A stretch of 64,000 nucleotides of DNA from assembly GCA_963665115.1 (NCBI GenBank), contig OY762007.1, positions 1,472,001 to 1,536,000 on the forward strand. Reading direction: 5' to 3'. The notes under the pieces were generated by a model. The model saw only the letters and a program-made list of their open reading frames with translations. It made no database searches and was not told the DNA's origin. The position numbers were made by a program, and so were the translations under genes. The stretch comes from an uncultured Rivularia sp. GTDB taxonomy: Bacteria > Cyanobacteriota > Cyanobacteriia > Cyanobacteriales > Nostocaceae. This document shows positions 9,235-19,674 of the stretch, in pieces (positions within the stretch are counted from its first letter, which is position 1; every line of letters begins with the position of its first letter).

Positions 9235-12200
9235 ATGACCGTAAATAAGTATGTAAAATTAGCATTAGTGGGATTTTTCAGTTGTTTGAGTACAAGCTTG
9301 ATCGCGTCTAAAACCCTGGCACAGCAAAGTAATATCATCCCCGACAATACTTTAGGTGGAGAAAATTCTCGTCTAAATTCCAATGTCGAGATTAACGGAA
9401 TAAATGCAGACAAAATTGATGGTGGAGCAAGACGCAATAGTAATTTATTTCACAGCTTCAGCGAGTTTAATATTAACAACACTCAAGCGGTTTATTTTGC
9501 TAATCCCGATGGTGTACAGAATATATTGAGCAGGGTAACTGGTGGGAATCAATCAAATATTTTCGGTACCTTGGGAGTTGATGGTGCAGCGAATTTGTTT
9601 TTGATTAATCCTAACGGAATTGTATTTGGAGAAAATGCGAGTTTAGATTTAAAAGGTTCTTTTGTTGGAACAACTGCTTCGGGGTTACAGTTTGGTGAAC
9701 AAGGTAGTTTCAGCGCTACAAATCCAGAAATACCAGGTTCATTAACCGTCAATCCTTCGGCTTTGTTTTTCAATCAAGTAGAAGCGAGTGGGGGAATAAT
9801 TAATAAGTCTCAAGCACCAGCAGGAATCAATCCTTATGGATTTGAAACTACAGGATTAAGAGTACCCGATGGTAAAAGTTTGTTGCTTGTAGGAGGTGAG
9901 ATTAATTTTGATGGAGGTCGATTAAGAGCTTATGGGGGGAATATTGAATTAGCTGCTGTAACTGTTCCGGGAACGGTAGGATTAAATATTTCTGGTGATA
10001 ATTTTAGTTTAAATATTCCTGAAGATGTTGAGAGAGGATATATTTCTTTAACAAATGAATCTTATTTAAGTGTTATTGGTGCTGGTGGGGGAAATTTTAC
10101 GATTAACGCTCGTAATTTAGAAATTTCCGATTCAATTATATTTGCTGGAGTTGTTGGAAACTCGGATAATCCCGACGTACAAGCTGGAGATGTGAACCTT
10201 AATGCTACGGGTTCAATTGAACTCAAAAATAATGTTTTGATTGATAACAGTGTTAATAGTCAAGGTAATGCTGGAAATATAAATATTAATGCTAATTCAC
10301 TTTTTATAAGTGAAGGTTCTGCAATAAGTAATGACACCTTCGGAATCGGAGATGCTGGTAATATAAACATAAATACTCGTGAGAATATTTCCTTACAGGG
10401 TAGTGGTAATCTACCTTGGTTTAATAATAGTAACGATGATATTCAATTAACTGCAATCTCTAGTATGGTATTACCGGAAGCTACAGGTAATGCAGGTAAT
10501 ATTCAATTAACTACTGGAACTCTTTCTCTTACGGATGGAGCTTATATTTATAGCGATACTACTGGGAAAGGTAACGCAGGCAATATTACTATCAATGCCC
10601 GCGATACTGTTAGTTTTGATAATGTTAGTAGCGTTACTAGCAACGTCTTTATTGGGGTAGTGGGTAAAGGGGGAGATATTCGGGTGACAACCGGAAACCT
10701 TAGCTTAACTAATGGAAGTAGTCTATCGACATCAATGTTAGGAGAAGGAAATGCAGGTAATCTCTTTATCGAAGTTAGCAATAATGTGAAATTGGATGGC
10801 GTTTTGAGGAATCCAAATGCTTCTTCTTCAAGTGGTAATGTATTCGATGGAATTATTGCATCCAGTCGTATTACAAGCGATTTACTAAGTGGTGTGGGTA
10901 AAGCTGGAGATATTCAAATAACAACAAAATCGCTTTCCGTAAGCAATTTTGCAGAAATATCTGCTGGTACGAGCGGACAGGGAAATGCAGGTAATATTAC
11001 TATAAATGCTAGCGATAAAGTTACTTTTAGCGACTTAGGAAGGGCTGGCAGCGCGGCTACATCTACTGCTGTAGGAAATGGTGGTGACATCCGTATTAAA
11101 ACAGGTGAATTACTATTAAAAAATGGTGGTTTGCTGCAAACTTTTAATGGTAAAGCAGGAAATTCGGGTAATATTTTTTTAGATGTTCGGGACACGATTA
11201 CTTTTGAGGGTGTAGCTATTAATGGTATGGAAAGTGGTGCCCAAACTGTTGCAGATAATGGTAATGCGGGAAATATTGAAGTAAAAACTGGCTCGCTATT
11301 TTTAACAGATGGCAGCAGCATGGCTACCACATTAGTAGGAGAAGAAAATTCTGACAACTTTAGTGCTGGTAAGATCGCAATCAATGCCCGCGATACTGTC
11401 AAGATAGATGGTAAATATAGTGGATTACTTACTCACCTATCTAACGGTAAAGGCAAAGGTGGAGATATTGAAATTGCAACGAAGTCACTTTCTGTAATTA
11501 ACGGTGCTTACTTATTCGCCATAACAAGTGGGGAAGGGGATGCGGGTAATATCATAATTAGTGCTAGCGATACCGTTACTTTTGACAAGGAAAGCTTTGC
11601 TTTTACCTCAGTAAATACAAATGCTATTGGTAATGGTGGGAATATCGAAATTACAGCAGGTTCGCTTTTTATTACTAATAATAGTAAAATTTCTGCTGAT
11701 ACCGTTGGTCAGGGAAACGCAGGTAAAATTCAAGTAGATGCTGCTGACCTAATTTCTTTATCTAATTCTGGCTCTATACTCAGCACTGTAAATCAAGGAG
11801 CAGAAGGAAAAGGTGGTGAAATTAAATTAAATACTTTCAGTGTAGATTTAAATAATGGTGGTCGAATTTCTGCTACTACTTATGGTACGGGAGACGCAGG
11901 AAATATTAAAATTAACGCTCGCGACTTGGTGTCTTTATCTAACACTGGCTTAATTGACAGCAATGTTTATGCTGGAGCAGAAGGAAAAGGTGGTTTGATT
12001 GATATCAATACTCAAGCTCTAACATTAACTAATAGTTCTTTTATAGGTGCTGCTGTAGTTAATGAATCTAATAATCTTCCTGGTGGTAAAGGAAACGGAG
12101 GAGATATTAATATCAATGCTTCCGAATCAGTTAACCTTTCAAATAGTGGTATATACAGTTCAACACGAACAGGTGCTTCCGGTGATGCAGGTAATATAAC

Positions 12201-13242
12201 CGTAACCACAGGCAACTTTAGGATTACAGATGATGGGATTATATCAGCAGAAACCTCTAATGATGGTAATGCTGGAAGCATCACTTTTAATGCTAATACT
12301 TTTGAAGCAGTTAACGGCGGACGAGTTTTAACAAGTACCTTCAGTAGCGGTAAAGCTGGTAATATCAACCTGAATATAAAAGGTAAAATTATTCTTTCTG
12401 GAAGCGAACAAGGTTTCACTGGTTTAGTTGCTGGTACTTCTGCCGAATCAACCGGCAAAGGAGGTAGTATATTTATCGACCCACGATTAGTAATTATAGA
12501 AAATGGTGCGGGGATATCAGTTGAAAGTAATGGTAGCAAAGATGCAGGGGATATTACTTTACAAGCAGGAACTCTTCAATTAGATAACGGTTTTATCACT
12601 GCCCAAACAGCAAGCACCCAAGGTGGAAATATTGATTTACAAATAAGTGATTTATTACTGTTACGGAACAAAAGCCAAATCACCACAACCGCAGGAACCG
12701 CTCAAGCTGGGGGAGATGGAGGTAATATCAATATAAATTCTAAATTTATCGTCGCACCACAAAACGAAAACAGCGATATCACTGCAAATGCTTTTAGCGG
12801 TAATGGTGGACAAGTCAATATTAATAGTAGCGGTATTTTCGGTATTGAAACTCAACAAAGCTTAACTAATAAAAGCGATATTACCGCAAGTTCAGAAGAA
12901 GCTATTTCAGGTGAAACTAATATTAATACAGACGATACCAGTTCAATTCAAAACAGTTTTACCGAACTACCTCCAACCATTGATACCAATGCGATAATTG
13001 CTAATAGTTGTATAGCACAAAGTAATAAGCGACAAGAAAACTCTTTTACGATTACAGGTGCTGGTGCTTTATCACCAAATCGTCCCGGTAATGTTTTTGT
13101 TTCTAACTATACGACTGGTGAAGTTAGAACTATTGAAAGTAAAAATCAAAGTTGGAAAAAAGGAGATCCAATTATTGAACCCCAAGGATTGTATCGGTTG
13201 AATAATGGAGAGTTGTTATTGAGTCGGGAATGTTCTAATTAA
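9235..13242 (+). CDS. Filamentous haemagglutinin N-terminal-domain (TpsA) exoprotein, tail class A
   Basis: Signal peptide, NLFHSF and NPNGI TPS domain, GNAGNI beta-helix repeats, C-terminal IANSC...LSREC. Confidence 0.93.
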   Translation: MTVNKYVKLALVGFFSCLSTSLIASKTLAQQSNIIPDNTLGGENSRLNSNVEINGINADKIDGGARRNSNLFHSFSEFNINNTQAVYFANPDGVQNILSRVTGGNQSNIFGTLGVDGAANLFLINPNGIVFGENASLDLKGSFVGTTASGLQFGEQGSFSATNPEIPGSLTVNPSALFFNQVEASGGIINKSQAPAGINPYGFETTGLRVPDGKSLLLVGGEINFDGGRLRAYGGNIELAAVTVPGTVGLNISGDNFSLNIPEDVERGYISLTNESYLSVIGAGGGNFTINARNLEISDSIIFAGVVGNSDNPDVQAGDVNLNATGSIELKNNVLIDNSVNSQGNAGNININANSLFISEGSAISNDTFGIGDAGNININTRENISLQGSGNLPWFNNSNDDIQLTAISSMVLPEATGNAGNIQLTTGTLSLTDGAYIYSDTTGKGNAGNITINARDTVSFDNVSSVTSNVFIGVVGKGGDIRVTTGNLSLTNGSSLSTSMLGEGNAGNLFIEVSNNVKLDGVLRNPNASSSSGNVFDGIIASSRITSDLLSGVGKAGDIQITTKSLSVSNFAEISAGTSGQGNAGNITINASDKVTFSDLGRAGSAATSTAVGNGGDIRIKTGELLLKNGGLLQTFNGKAGNSGNIFLDVRDTITFEGVAINGMESGAQTVADNGNAGNIEVKTGSLFLTDGSSMATTLVGEENSDNFSAGKIAINARDTVKIDGKYSGLLTHLSNGKGKGGDIEIATKSLSVINGAYLFAITSGEGDAGNIIISASDTVTFDKESFAFTSVNTNAIGNGGNIEITAGSLFITNNSKISADTVGQGNAGKIQVDAADLISLSNSGSILSTVNQGAEGKGGEIKLNTFSVDLNNGGRISATTYGTGDAGNIKINARDLVSLSNTGLIDSNVYAGAEGKGGLIDINTQALTLTNSSFIGAAVVNESNNLPGGKGNGGDININASESVNLSNSGIYSSTRTGASGDAGNITVTTGNFRITDDGIISAETSNDGNAGSITFNANTFEAVNGGRVLTSTFSSGKAGNINLNIKGKIILSGSEQGFTGLVAGTSAESTGKGGSIFIDPRLVIIENGAGISVESNGSKDAGDITLQAGTLQLDNGFITAQTASTQGGNIDLQISDLLLLRNKSQITTTAGTAQAGGDGGNININSKFIVAPQNENSDITANAFSGNGGQVNINSSGIFGIETQQSLTNKSDITASSEEAISGETNINTDDTSSIQNSFTELPPTIDTNAIIANSCIAQSNKRQENSFTITGAGALSPNRPGNVFVSNYTTGEVRTIESKNQSWKKGDPIIEPQGLYRLNNGELLLSRECSN

Positions 13243-13274
13243 AGGTTCGTAGTTGCGCTTAAGCGCCAAACACT

Positions 13275-13478
13275 TTGTTTATTAACGTACCATTTCAAAT
13301 AACGTGGTGCGTTACGAGATTCTATAACGATAAAGAATGTAGATGTGGAATTTTTTGTATATCTAGTGTTTGGAGTACCCTAAAAAATGCCGGAAATCAT
13401 GGGAAGCAGATTCGTCGGATAGTGGATAACTGTACAAGACATAACATTACAGATGATTCTTGCGAAGAAGAGGGATAA
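13275..13478 (+). pseudogene. 5'-truncated small Cys-rich (HicA-like toxin?) gene remnant
   Basis: YNDKECRCGIFCISSVWSTLKNAGNHGKQIRRIVDNC resembles, from recall, the C-terminal half of a family found upstream of this kind of DNA-binding protein. Its 5' part is replaced by repeat sequence. Confidence 0.5.
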
Positions 13479-13481
13479 CCA

Positions 13482-14010
13482 ATGAAAGAGTATGATTTTA
13501 CTTTAAAGTTTAATCTCCAAAATTCTCAAGCTGACCCCGATATTCATGTTGAGAAGTTATATGAAGGTGGTTGTGACGATGCTTTAATTGGAATTGGGAA
13601 GAAAGGATATATTTCGCTGAATTTTATTCGTGAAGCATCATCGGCTTATGAGGCTATTTCTAGCGCTATTATTGAAGTCAAAAGAGTTATTCCATACGCG
13701 ATTTTAATTGAAGCTACACCCTCCAACGGTTGGTTTAACAGATGCAGCTAAAATCCTTGGATTTACTCGACAAAATATCAGGAAGCTCATCATAACAAAT
13801 GAACCATTTGCTCCAATTCCTGTTTACGAAGGTACACCTTCTATTTGGCATTTGGCAGAAATATTAATATGGTTGAGAGGAGCCAAGAAGTATGCTATTG
13901 ATGATGCGTTAATAGAGGTTGCGAAAATCAATATGAACATTAATATTGCTAATAGTTGGCAAAAAGTAGAGCCAAATCTTCAAGAAAATATTAAATCTTT
14001 GGTTGGTTAA
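13482..14010 (+). CDS. HTH DNA-binding protein (antitoxin-like), frameshifted near 13720
   Basis: The YDFTLKF...GCDDAL N-domain joins the VGLTDAAKILGFTRQNIRKL HTH if one base is removed from acaccctcc. Confidence 0.7.
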
Positions 14011-14214
14011 ATAAGGGATATCCAATTAAAAAAAATATACCACTCCTCTGGGCGCACGTCGGTGCGCTCCTACCAGAAAGAAATAAATACTAAGTATTCT
14101 CTACAGAGGATTTATTTTCATCATAAATTAAAGGTTCGTTCGTAGTTGCGCTGTCTTCGCCAAACACTTTGTTTATTAACGCACCATTTTACTTTGAAAA
14201 TTCAGGAATCGTAG

Positions 14215-14549
14215 AATCGTAGGTTGGGTTAGACGATGACGATAATTTGGGGTTTAATTACCGAATCTATATAGCGTCGTAACCCAACATCTTGCAACTA
14301 TATCCATAACGGTAGTGTTGGGTTACGACACCATAAGTAAAGATGCTCGTTATTCTCAAGTTTGATTTTGGTGTCTAACCCAACCTACGAACTTGATGGT
14401 GCGTTACGGCATGATTTAATTAGTAATATCCATCGAATTTACGAGCGCCGTAACACACTCTACAAACTAACCCAACCTACTAACTACGAACTACGAATTT
14501 TGGCGCTGTGAGCGTTAGCTTTCTCGCAGAGTAGCGCAACTACGAACTT
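14215..14549. repeat. Cluster of REP/SDR-like palindromic repeats (GTAGGTTGGGTTA...TAACCCAACCTAC)
   Basis: Several inverted TTGGGTTA/TAACCCAAC units, plus GTTACGGC...GCCGTAAC, between convergent genes. Confidence 0.75.
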
Positions 14550-14550
14550 A

Positions 14551-16275
14551 TTAAAATGGTTGATATCTGACTGAAAAATTAAAACCATTTTCTTGCAGGG
14601 AATTACCACTATCACCTCTTCCTACTAATGGAATACCGTAGTCTGCACGCAATCCTAAACCTCTTGTAGGTTGCCACTGCAAGCCTAACCCTAAACTAGC
14701 AAGTGTTTGTGGATCGGGATTATCGCCGCGATTATTCCAACCCGTACCGATGTCAAAAAATGGGATTAATTGTAGGGTTTCGACTTCCGATGCCAGGGGA
14801 ATTCTGACTTCCACACCTCCAACTATTCCGCTGTCGGTAACGAGTTGATTTTGACGATAACCACGGACTGTATCTACTCCCCCAATGCTGATTTTTTCTG
14901 CTGAAAGTAAGGAATCACCTGTCAGTTGAGTGTTAACTTTGGCAAGCATCAAAACGCGGGGAGATAATCTTTGTACCCATTGGAATTGTCCCACCCAAGC
15001 GAAAAAACGCCCATCTGTGCCGCTGTCGTTAACCGTAGCATCAAAAGCATCGATGCCAACGCTAAATTGCGATCGCGCTGCTAAAACACTATTAGTATTG
15101 CGCTGTAGCCAATCTTGGGAAAAGCGAATGACGCTGAGTTTTGATTCTCCGTCTTCTGGTCCTTCGGTGAAGGAAAAGGGGATATCATCGAGTATGAAGG
15201 TTTGAGAGCGTCGTAAGTCGAATGCTAAACCCAGAGCAAGTTCGCTGTCTGGTTTATTAACTAAGGGTTGACGCAGGTTAAAGGATAGGGTTTCGGTTTC
15301 GCTACGGATATCTAAGTCGTTAAATTCGTCTTCAATTATTTTGCTATCGCTGTTGCTGAAACGCACACCAACTGTACCATCGAGAGCGTTAATGGGAACG
15401 GAATAATTGATATCGTAAACGTCTAAGCCTTCGGTGATGGAATATTCTGCACTTAATTTATCGGCAAATCCTAATACGTTATCGTGAGCGACAAAAACAC
15501 TTGCTTGTTCGGAACCAACGCTGGGTGATTGATTATTTGCAAATGTAACTCCAGCGTGGAATGCTGGAGCTTCGGTAATTTGTATCTGTAAAATATTGTT
15601 TCCGGGAACGCTACCTGCGGTTAACTCTGCATTGACTCGTTTAATAACGGGATCTATTTGCAATAATTGCAGTGCTTGTTCGAGATGCTGTTGATTTAAA
15701 GGCTTCCCCGCAAGTCTTTGAATTCGGGAGCGTACATATCCTTTACGCAATCTTTGTAAACCTGAAATGGCGATATCTTCAAGTTCACCTTCCACAACTT
15801 GGATTTTGACGATACCGCTGGCAACATTTTGGTTGTTGGGAATAAATGCACCGCTGGTGATGTAGCCGTTGTCAGCATAAAGTTGGGTGATTTGAGAGCG
15901 TAATTGTAATAGCTGCTCAAATGTGATTCTTTTCTGTTCTAATAAAGGCTTTATTAACTGATTGATTTCATCTTCTAAAACAGAGTTTCCTTCAACTTGA
16001 ATTTCTGTGACAGTGAAAGTTTCACCGCTAGGAAAGGTTGTATTTGGAATATTTTGCTGTGGTGGTGATGGAAGTATAGGAACGGTTGGTGTAGGTGGTT
16101 TCGCTGGTAAAGTTGGTGATGGTTGAGGAATAATTTCTTCTATTTTCTCTGGTGTATTAGGAGGAATTGTCACTCCCGATGGAGGTGTTGATTGTGCGAA
16201 TACAGCTACTTGATTGATGCTAATGCAGGAAATGAACGTTAAAAAGAAGTGTTGAAACCGAAAGTAGGAACCCAT
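14551..16275 (-). CDS. ShlB/FhaC/HecB (TpsB) outer-membrane transporter
   Basis: Signal peptide, Pro-rich linker, POTRA (YADNGYITSGAF), VRGY motif and a C-terminal aromatic residue. Confidence 0.95.
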   Translation of the reverse strand: MGSYFRFQHFFLTFISCISINQVAVFAQSTPPSGVTIPPNTPEKIEEIIPQPSPTLPAKPPTPTVPILPSPPQQNIPNTTFPSGETFTVTEIQVEGNSVLEDEINQLIKPLLEQKRITFEQLLQLRSQITQLYADNGYITSGAFIPNNQNVASGIVKIQVVEGELEDIAISGLQRLRKGYVRSRIQRLAGKPLNQQHLEQALQLLQIDPVIKRVNAELTAGSVPGNNILQIQITEAPAFHAGVTFANNQSPSVGSEQASVFVAHDNVLGFADKLSAEYSITEGLDVYDINYSVPINALDGTVGVRFSNSDSKIIEDEFNDLDIRSETETLSFNLRQPLVNKPDSELALGLAFDLRRSQTFILDDIPFSFTEGPEDGESKLSVIRFSQDWLQRNTNSVLAARSQFSVGIDAFDATVNDSGTDGRFFAWVGQFQWVQRLSPRVLMLAKVNTQLTGDSLLSAEKISIGGVDTVRGYRQNQLVTDSGIVGGVEVRIPLASEVETLQLIPFFDIGTGWNNRGDNPDPQTLASLGLGLQWQPTRGLGLRADYGIPLVGRGDSGNSLQENGFNFSVRYQPF

Positions 16276-16524
16276 TGTTTGTATGTAGTATGTAAGATAA
16301 TTTTGTAAAAGTTATGAAATTTTAGATATTATTACTTAATCAAAATATCATAATGCTTTGGTTAATGATTGCTTCTTTATGCAATCATTAAATTTCCATC
16401 CAATTGCAGTAATACTTAATATTTGTTAATGAAGATACTTGTCTTTTTGCTCGTATTTAATACTACAAAGAATAGATATTTCGCTAGTTTTTACTATCAC
16501 CAAACAAGACACCTTGACAAACAT

Positions 16525-18111
16525 CTATTCAAGAAGGACAAAATTTGAACTAAAGATAAAATCGCGTTCAAAGTTGACGTTAGTAGAGTCTTGCACTATA
16601 GCAATTGCATCATTTCCAAAGAAAATACCAGTATCTTCGGCAGAGCTACCAAGCCAGTTACCAGTTGCTAGAGAATATTGACTAAAATTACCTTGAACCT
16701 GGATGTAATCATACTGCCAGTTAAAGTCAGTAATTACCGCATATTCATCTCCTTGATAGAAGACATTTGAAGATTCTCCCAGAACGAAGGTATCATTTCC
16801 AGTTTCTCCCGTTAAGATATCATATCCAGAACCGCCAACTATAGTATCATTACCACTTCCACCAATCAGCGTGTCACTACCCGCATTATCCACAAGGTAA
16901 TCGTTTCCGGAACCACCATAGAGATAGTTATTAGCTGTATTGCCAATGAGGATATCATTTCCTGCACCCCCCACAGCATTTTCGATAGTGACTCCATAAG
17001 CGATCGCCAAATTATTACTGGCTCTGTTAGAACTTCCATCATCTTGAGGACCAATGTTACTAAAAGTTCCAGAATTGAGATTAATCGTAACAGAAATCCC
17101 TTGATTGCTTGCATTAATAGTATCAATACCACCACCATCCCAAATTGTCTCAACGAAGGCTTGGTTCGCATCCCAATCATATGTAGTATTACCTGCGCGG
17201 GTATTATCGTTAACCCCGTAAAGATGCTGTATTGCAGCAATATCGTAGAGCATAGGTGTCTGAGGATTGGCAACACTACCTGAATGGTCGTTGTATGACA
17301 TTACCGTGTATTGATTGTTATCTAAATCAGAGTATAAATAGGGACCCTCAGCACCACCCCCACCTGCATTATAATTACCTGGATGTTTCAATCCTAATGC
17401 ATGACCGATTTCGTGGATTAAGGTATGAAATCCATAGGAACCATTAGTTTGAGTTAGATTTGAATTATGAATATTATTTAACCAGACATCACCTCCGACT
17501 GAATGATTACTTGGAAGGTAAGCATGAGCGCTACCATGTTCCATATTCGCCGTTCCAAACCGGATAGTTCCCCCTGCCCCAGCATCTGGTACCTCAACAA
17601 AGTTTAGTCCTGAAACTTCGCTGTAAAGTTGCAAAGCTTGTCTTGCTGCTGCTTGTTGAGTTTCATTAAAAGCAATGAATTGATTCCGCTCCTCAGCATT
17701 ACCAGAATAGTAATTTGGAACTCTAGTCATAAAGCTATAGTTTATAGTTTGACTAGTCCAATAGTTTGTTCCTATTAAAGCCTCAATTCCACTGGTATAA
17801 GATGCAGCAGCTTGAGGAATTAAATCTGTATTTGTTTCATCATTGGACATATGGTGGCTGCAGTTGCATAAATGAGTCGTGGTGAGATTATGGTCAACAG
17901 CATTGTGGTACGTAGTAGAATTTGGTAATAAATCATCGAAGGAAGCTGGTTGATTTAGAGTTTCTTGGAATATAGTTGAAGAAAAAGCTTCTTCCGTAAT
18001 TCCCCTGTAACTGAAATAAACTTGATTAGCTAAAGTTTCAAAAAGGGGATTAGATTCATCGGTGACGAAATCGGAATTAGTTTGAGAAATAATTGTTGAA
18101 GTATTTGTCAT
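16525..18111 (-). CDS. M10 (serralysin-like) zinc metalloprotease with RTX repeats
   Basis: HEIGHALGLKH zinc motif, TVMSY Met-turn, GGxGxD Ca-binding repeats and CNC in the pro-region. Confidence 0.93.
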   Translation of the reverse strand: MTNTSTIISQTNSDFVTDESNPLFETLANQVYFSYRGITEEAFSSTIFQETLNQPASFDDLLPNSTTYHNAVDHNLTTTHLCNCSHHMSNDETNTDLIPQAAASYTSGIEALIGTNYWTSQTINYSFMTRVPNYYSGNAEERNQFIAFNETQQAAARQALQLYSEVSGLNFVEVPDAGAGGTIRFGTANMEHGSAHAYLPSNHSVGGDVWLNNIHNSNLTQTNGSYGFHTLIHEIGHALGLKHPGNYNAGGGGAEGPYLYSDLDNNQYTVMSYNDHSGSVANPQTPMLYDIAAIQHLYGVNDNTRAGNTTYDWDANQAFVETIWDGGGIDTINASNQGISVTINLNSGTFSNIGPQDDGSSNRASNNLAIAYGVTIENAVGGAGNDILIGNTANNYLYGGSGNDYLVDNAGSDTLIGGSGNDTIVGGSGYDILTGETGNDTFVLGESSNVFYQGDEYAVITDFNWQYDYIQVQGNFSQYSLATGNWLGSSAEDTGIFFGNDAIAIVQDSTNVNFERDFIFSSNFVLLE

Positions 18112-18177
18112 GATTGTTTACCACTATTACAAAGTTTTATTCTCAGACACAACTTATTTAATTTGAATCCTGATAAT

Positions 18178-18268
18178 GCTTAGATTAAAGTAAATAAATA
18201 GGTAATGCATTCACCAATCATGCAAAACTGATTGCAATAACTTGCTTGCGATTTTGCAGAAAACTGCA
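18178..18268 (-). promoter_or_regulatory. Conserved upstream block with TGCAG-N4-CTGCA palindrome
   Basis: TTAGATTAAAG..GGTAATGCATTCAC..ATGCAAA..TGCAGAAAACT is shared with 19603-19670. Confidence 0.5.
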
Positions 18269-18491
18269 TATGCTATTTTTACCGTGAGTGCAGTGTTGCT
18301 TTTCAAAAGTTATATTCAAGAATGCTAATAGTATTGGCAATTCAGCTAATATTTTCATAGTCTGTACCGTTGCCACTATCATCAAAATTCTGTTGTCGGA
18401 AATTATGCAAAAAAAAAGACGCTGAATAATTGCGTCGTCAAAAAAGACTTTAGGGATGTTTTAAAAATGAAGACTTTTATATGGATTTGCA

Positions 18492-18992
18492 CTAAAGTCT
18501 TTGAATAACCATTCGGCGAATTTGACTATTAGTATTAAGTAGAATTAGGGGAATAGTGACATACACACGTTGCCTTGGCTGAATAGAGCCAGCAGGATTA
18601 ATCTCAACTGGAACAAAACCTAATTCAACACCATTTTTATCGTAGAAGTGTGCGGTATATCCTAGAGGTAAGACAAATTGCTTTGCTTCAACACTAAATT
18701 GGATTGCATCTAGAGGATTATTTTGATTGAACTCATCTTGCGAATTAACTGTAACTTTTTTCGGTCGGGTAATTAAATTAAAGTCATATCCTAGTTCCCC
18801 AATATCTATTTGAAATTTAGCTTGAGCTAAGAGATTTGATTTATCAAAAATATCAGCATTTTCTTTCTGCTGACTTATATTTTGTATTTTATTTTCCTGA
18901 ATTGAATAGTTTTTGACACTAATTGCAGGATAATTGTAAACAATAGTACTAGTTATGGCAATTGTATGACAAAGTAAATTTTTATGAATCAT
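18492..18992 (-). CDS. Hypothetical, probably exported protein
   Basis: 166-aa ORF with a signal-like N-terminus and a GGGG RBS-like sequence upstream. Confidence 0.6.
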   Translation of the reverse strand: MIHKNLLCHTIAITSTIVYNYPAISVKNYSIQENKIQNISQQKENADIFDKSNLLAQAKFQIDIGELGYDFNLITRPKKVTVNSQDEFNQNNPLDAIQFSVEAKQFVLPLGYTAHFYDKNGVELGFVPVEINPAGSIQPRQRVYVTIPLILLNTNSQIRRMVIQRL

Positions 18993-19221
18993 TTGATGAT
19001 TGCCCCTAATTGATTAAAACGATTTAGCAGTGGTTTATTTCTGATTTATTCCACTCGGTTTAATTAATAAATTAGAGGAAAATAATAATAGACACAACAA
19101 ACATTTATGCCTGTTAAGTTGCTGTTTATTGATAAAGTAATTGCATTTTTCGGCAACTTTAGCCGCAACAAACTTAATCTATAACTGATTTGGATGTAAG
19201 AAAGGAATTTTAAACAATTAC

Positions 19222-19246
19222 AAAGCCCGCTGTGGTAGCGAGCTTT
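19222..19246 (-). terminator. Rho-independent terminator candidate
   Basis: AAAGCTCGCT-ACCAC-AGCGGGCTTT hairpin followed by a U-rich stretch, just downstream of the 19293-19544 gene. Confidence 0.55.
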
Positions 19247-19292
19247 ATTATTGGTATTAGCTTAAATGTAATTGTTAACAAAATATTTCTGT

Positions 19293-19544
19293 TTAATTAT
19301 CTGCAAGAAAACACATAGCCTTAAAACGCAAACCCACCAGTTCATCATACAAAGGATTTAACTTACACATAGGAGGGATATGGATTTGCTTGCGTCCAAA
19401 TATGATATTGCGTTCAAAGGGACATTGGGAAGGAATAAGTTTGCACAGAAATTGAGCTAGTTTAGTATTGTGGATTTCGATAGTTTCCAACCACTGGCGA
19501 ATTGGATATAGTAAATCATGCTGTGTTTGGGTAAAGTCAGTCAC
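19293..19544 (-). CDS. Mo-dependent nitrogenase C-terminal-domain protein (small cyanobacterial family)
   Basis: IPSQCPFER...IPPMCKLNPLYDELVGLRFKAMCFLAD signature. Confidence 0.88.
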   Translation of the reverse strand: MTDFTQTQHDLLYPIRQWLETIEIHNTKLAQFLCKLIPSQCPFERNIIFGRKQIHIPPMCKLNPLYDELVGLRFKAMCFLADN

Positions 19545-19602
19545 GATTGCTCTCCTAAGTAATTTTTATAAATGGTTTGTTGAAGATTGAACTTCTATTA
19601 AT

Positions 19603-19670
19603 ACTTAGATTAAAGGAGAGTAATTGGTAATGCATTCACTAAAGATGCAAAGTTAATTGCAGAAAACTAC
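19603..19670 (-). promoter_or_regulatory. Second copy of the conserved upstream block
   Basis: TTAGATTAAAG..GGTAATGCATTCAC..ATGCAAAG..TGCAGAAAACT, matching 18178-18268. Confidence 0.5.
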
Positions 19671-19674
19671 CTTG

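Noticed and set aside
8978..9437. Short ORFs at 8978-9214 and 9153-9437
   Set aside because: They overlap a divergent promoter region or lie antisense to tpsA, with no recognisable motifs.
19293..19544. Nitrogen fixation gene
   Set aside because: The domain name is historical, and no nif genes are present.
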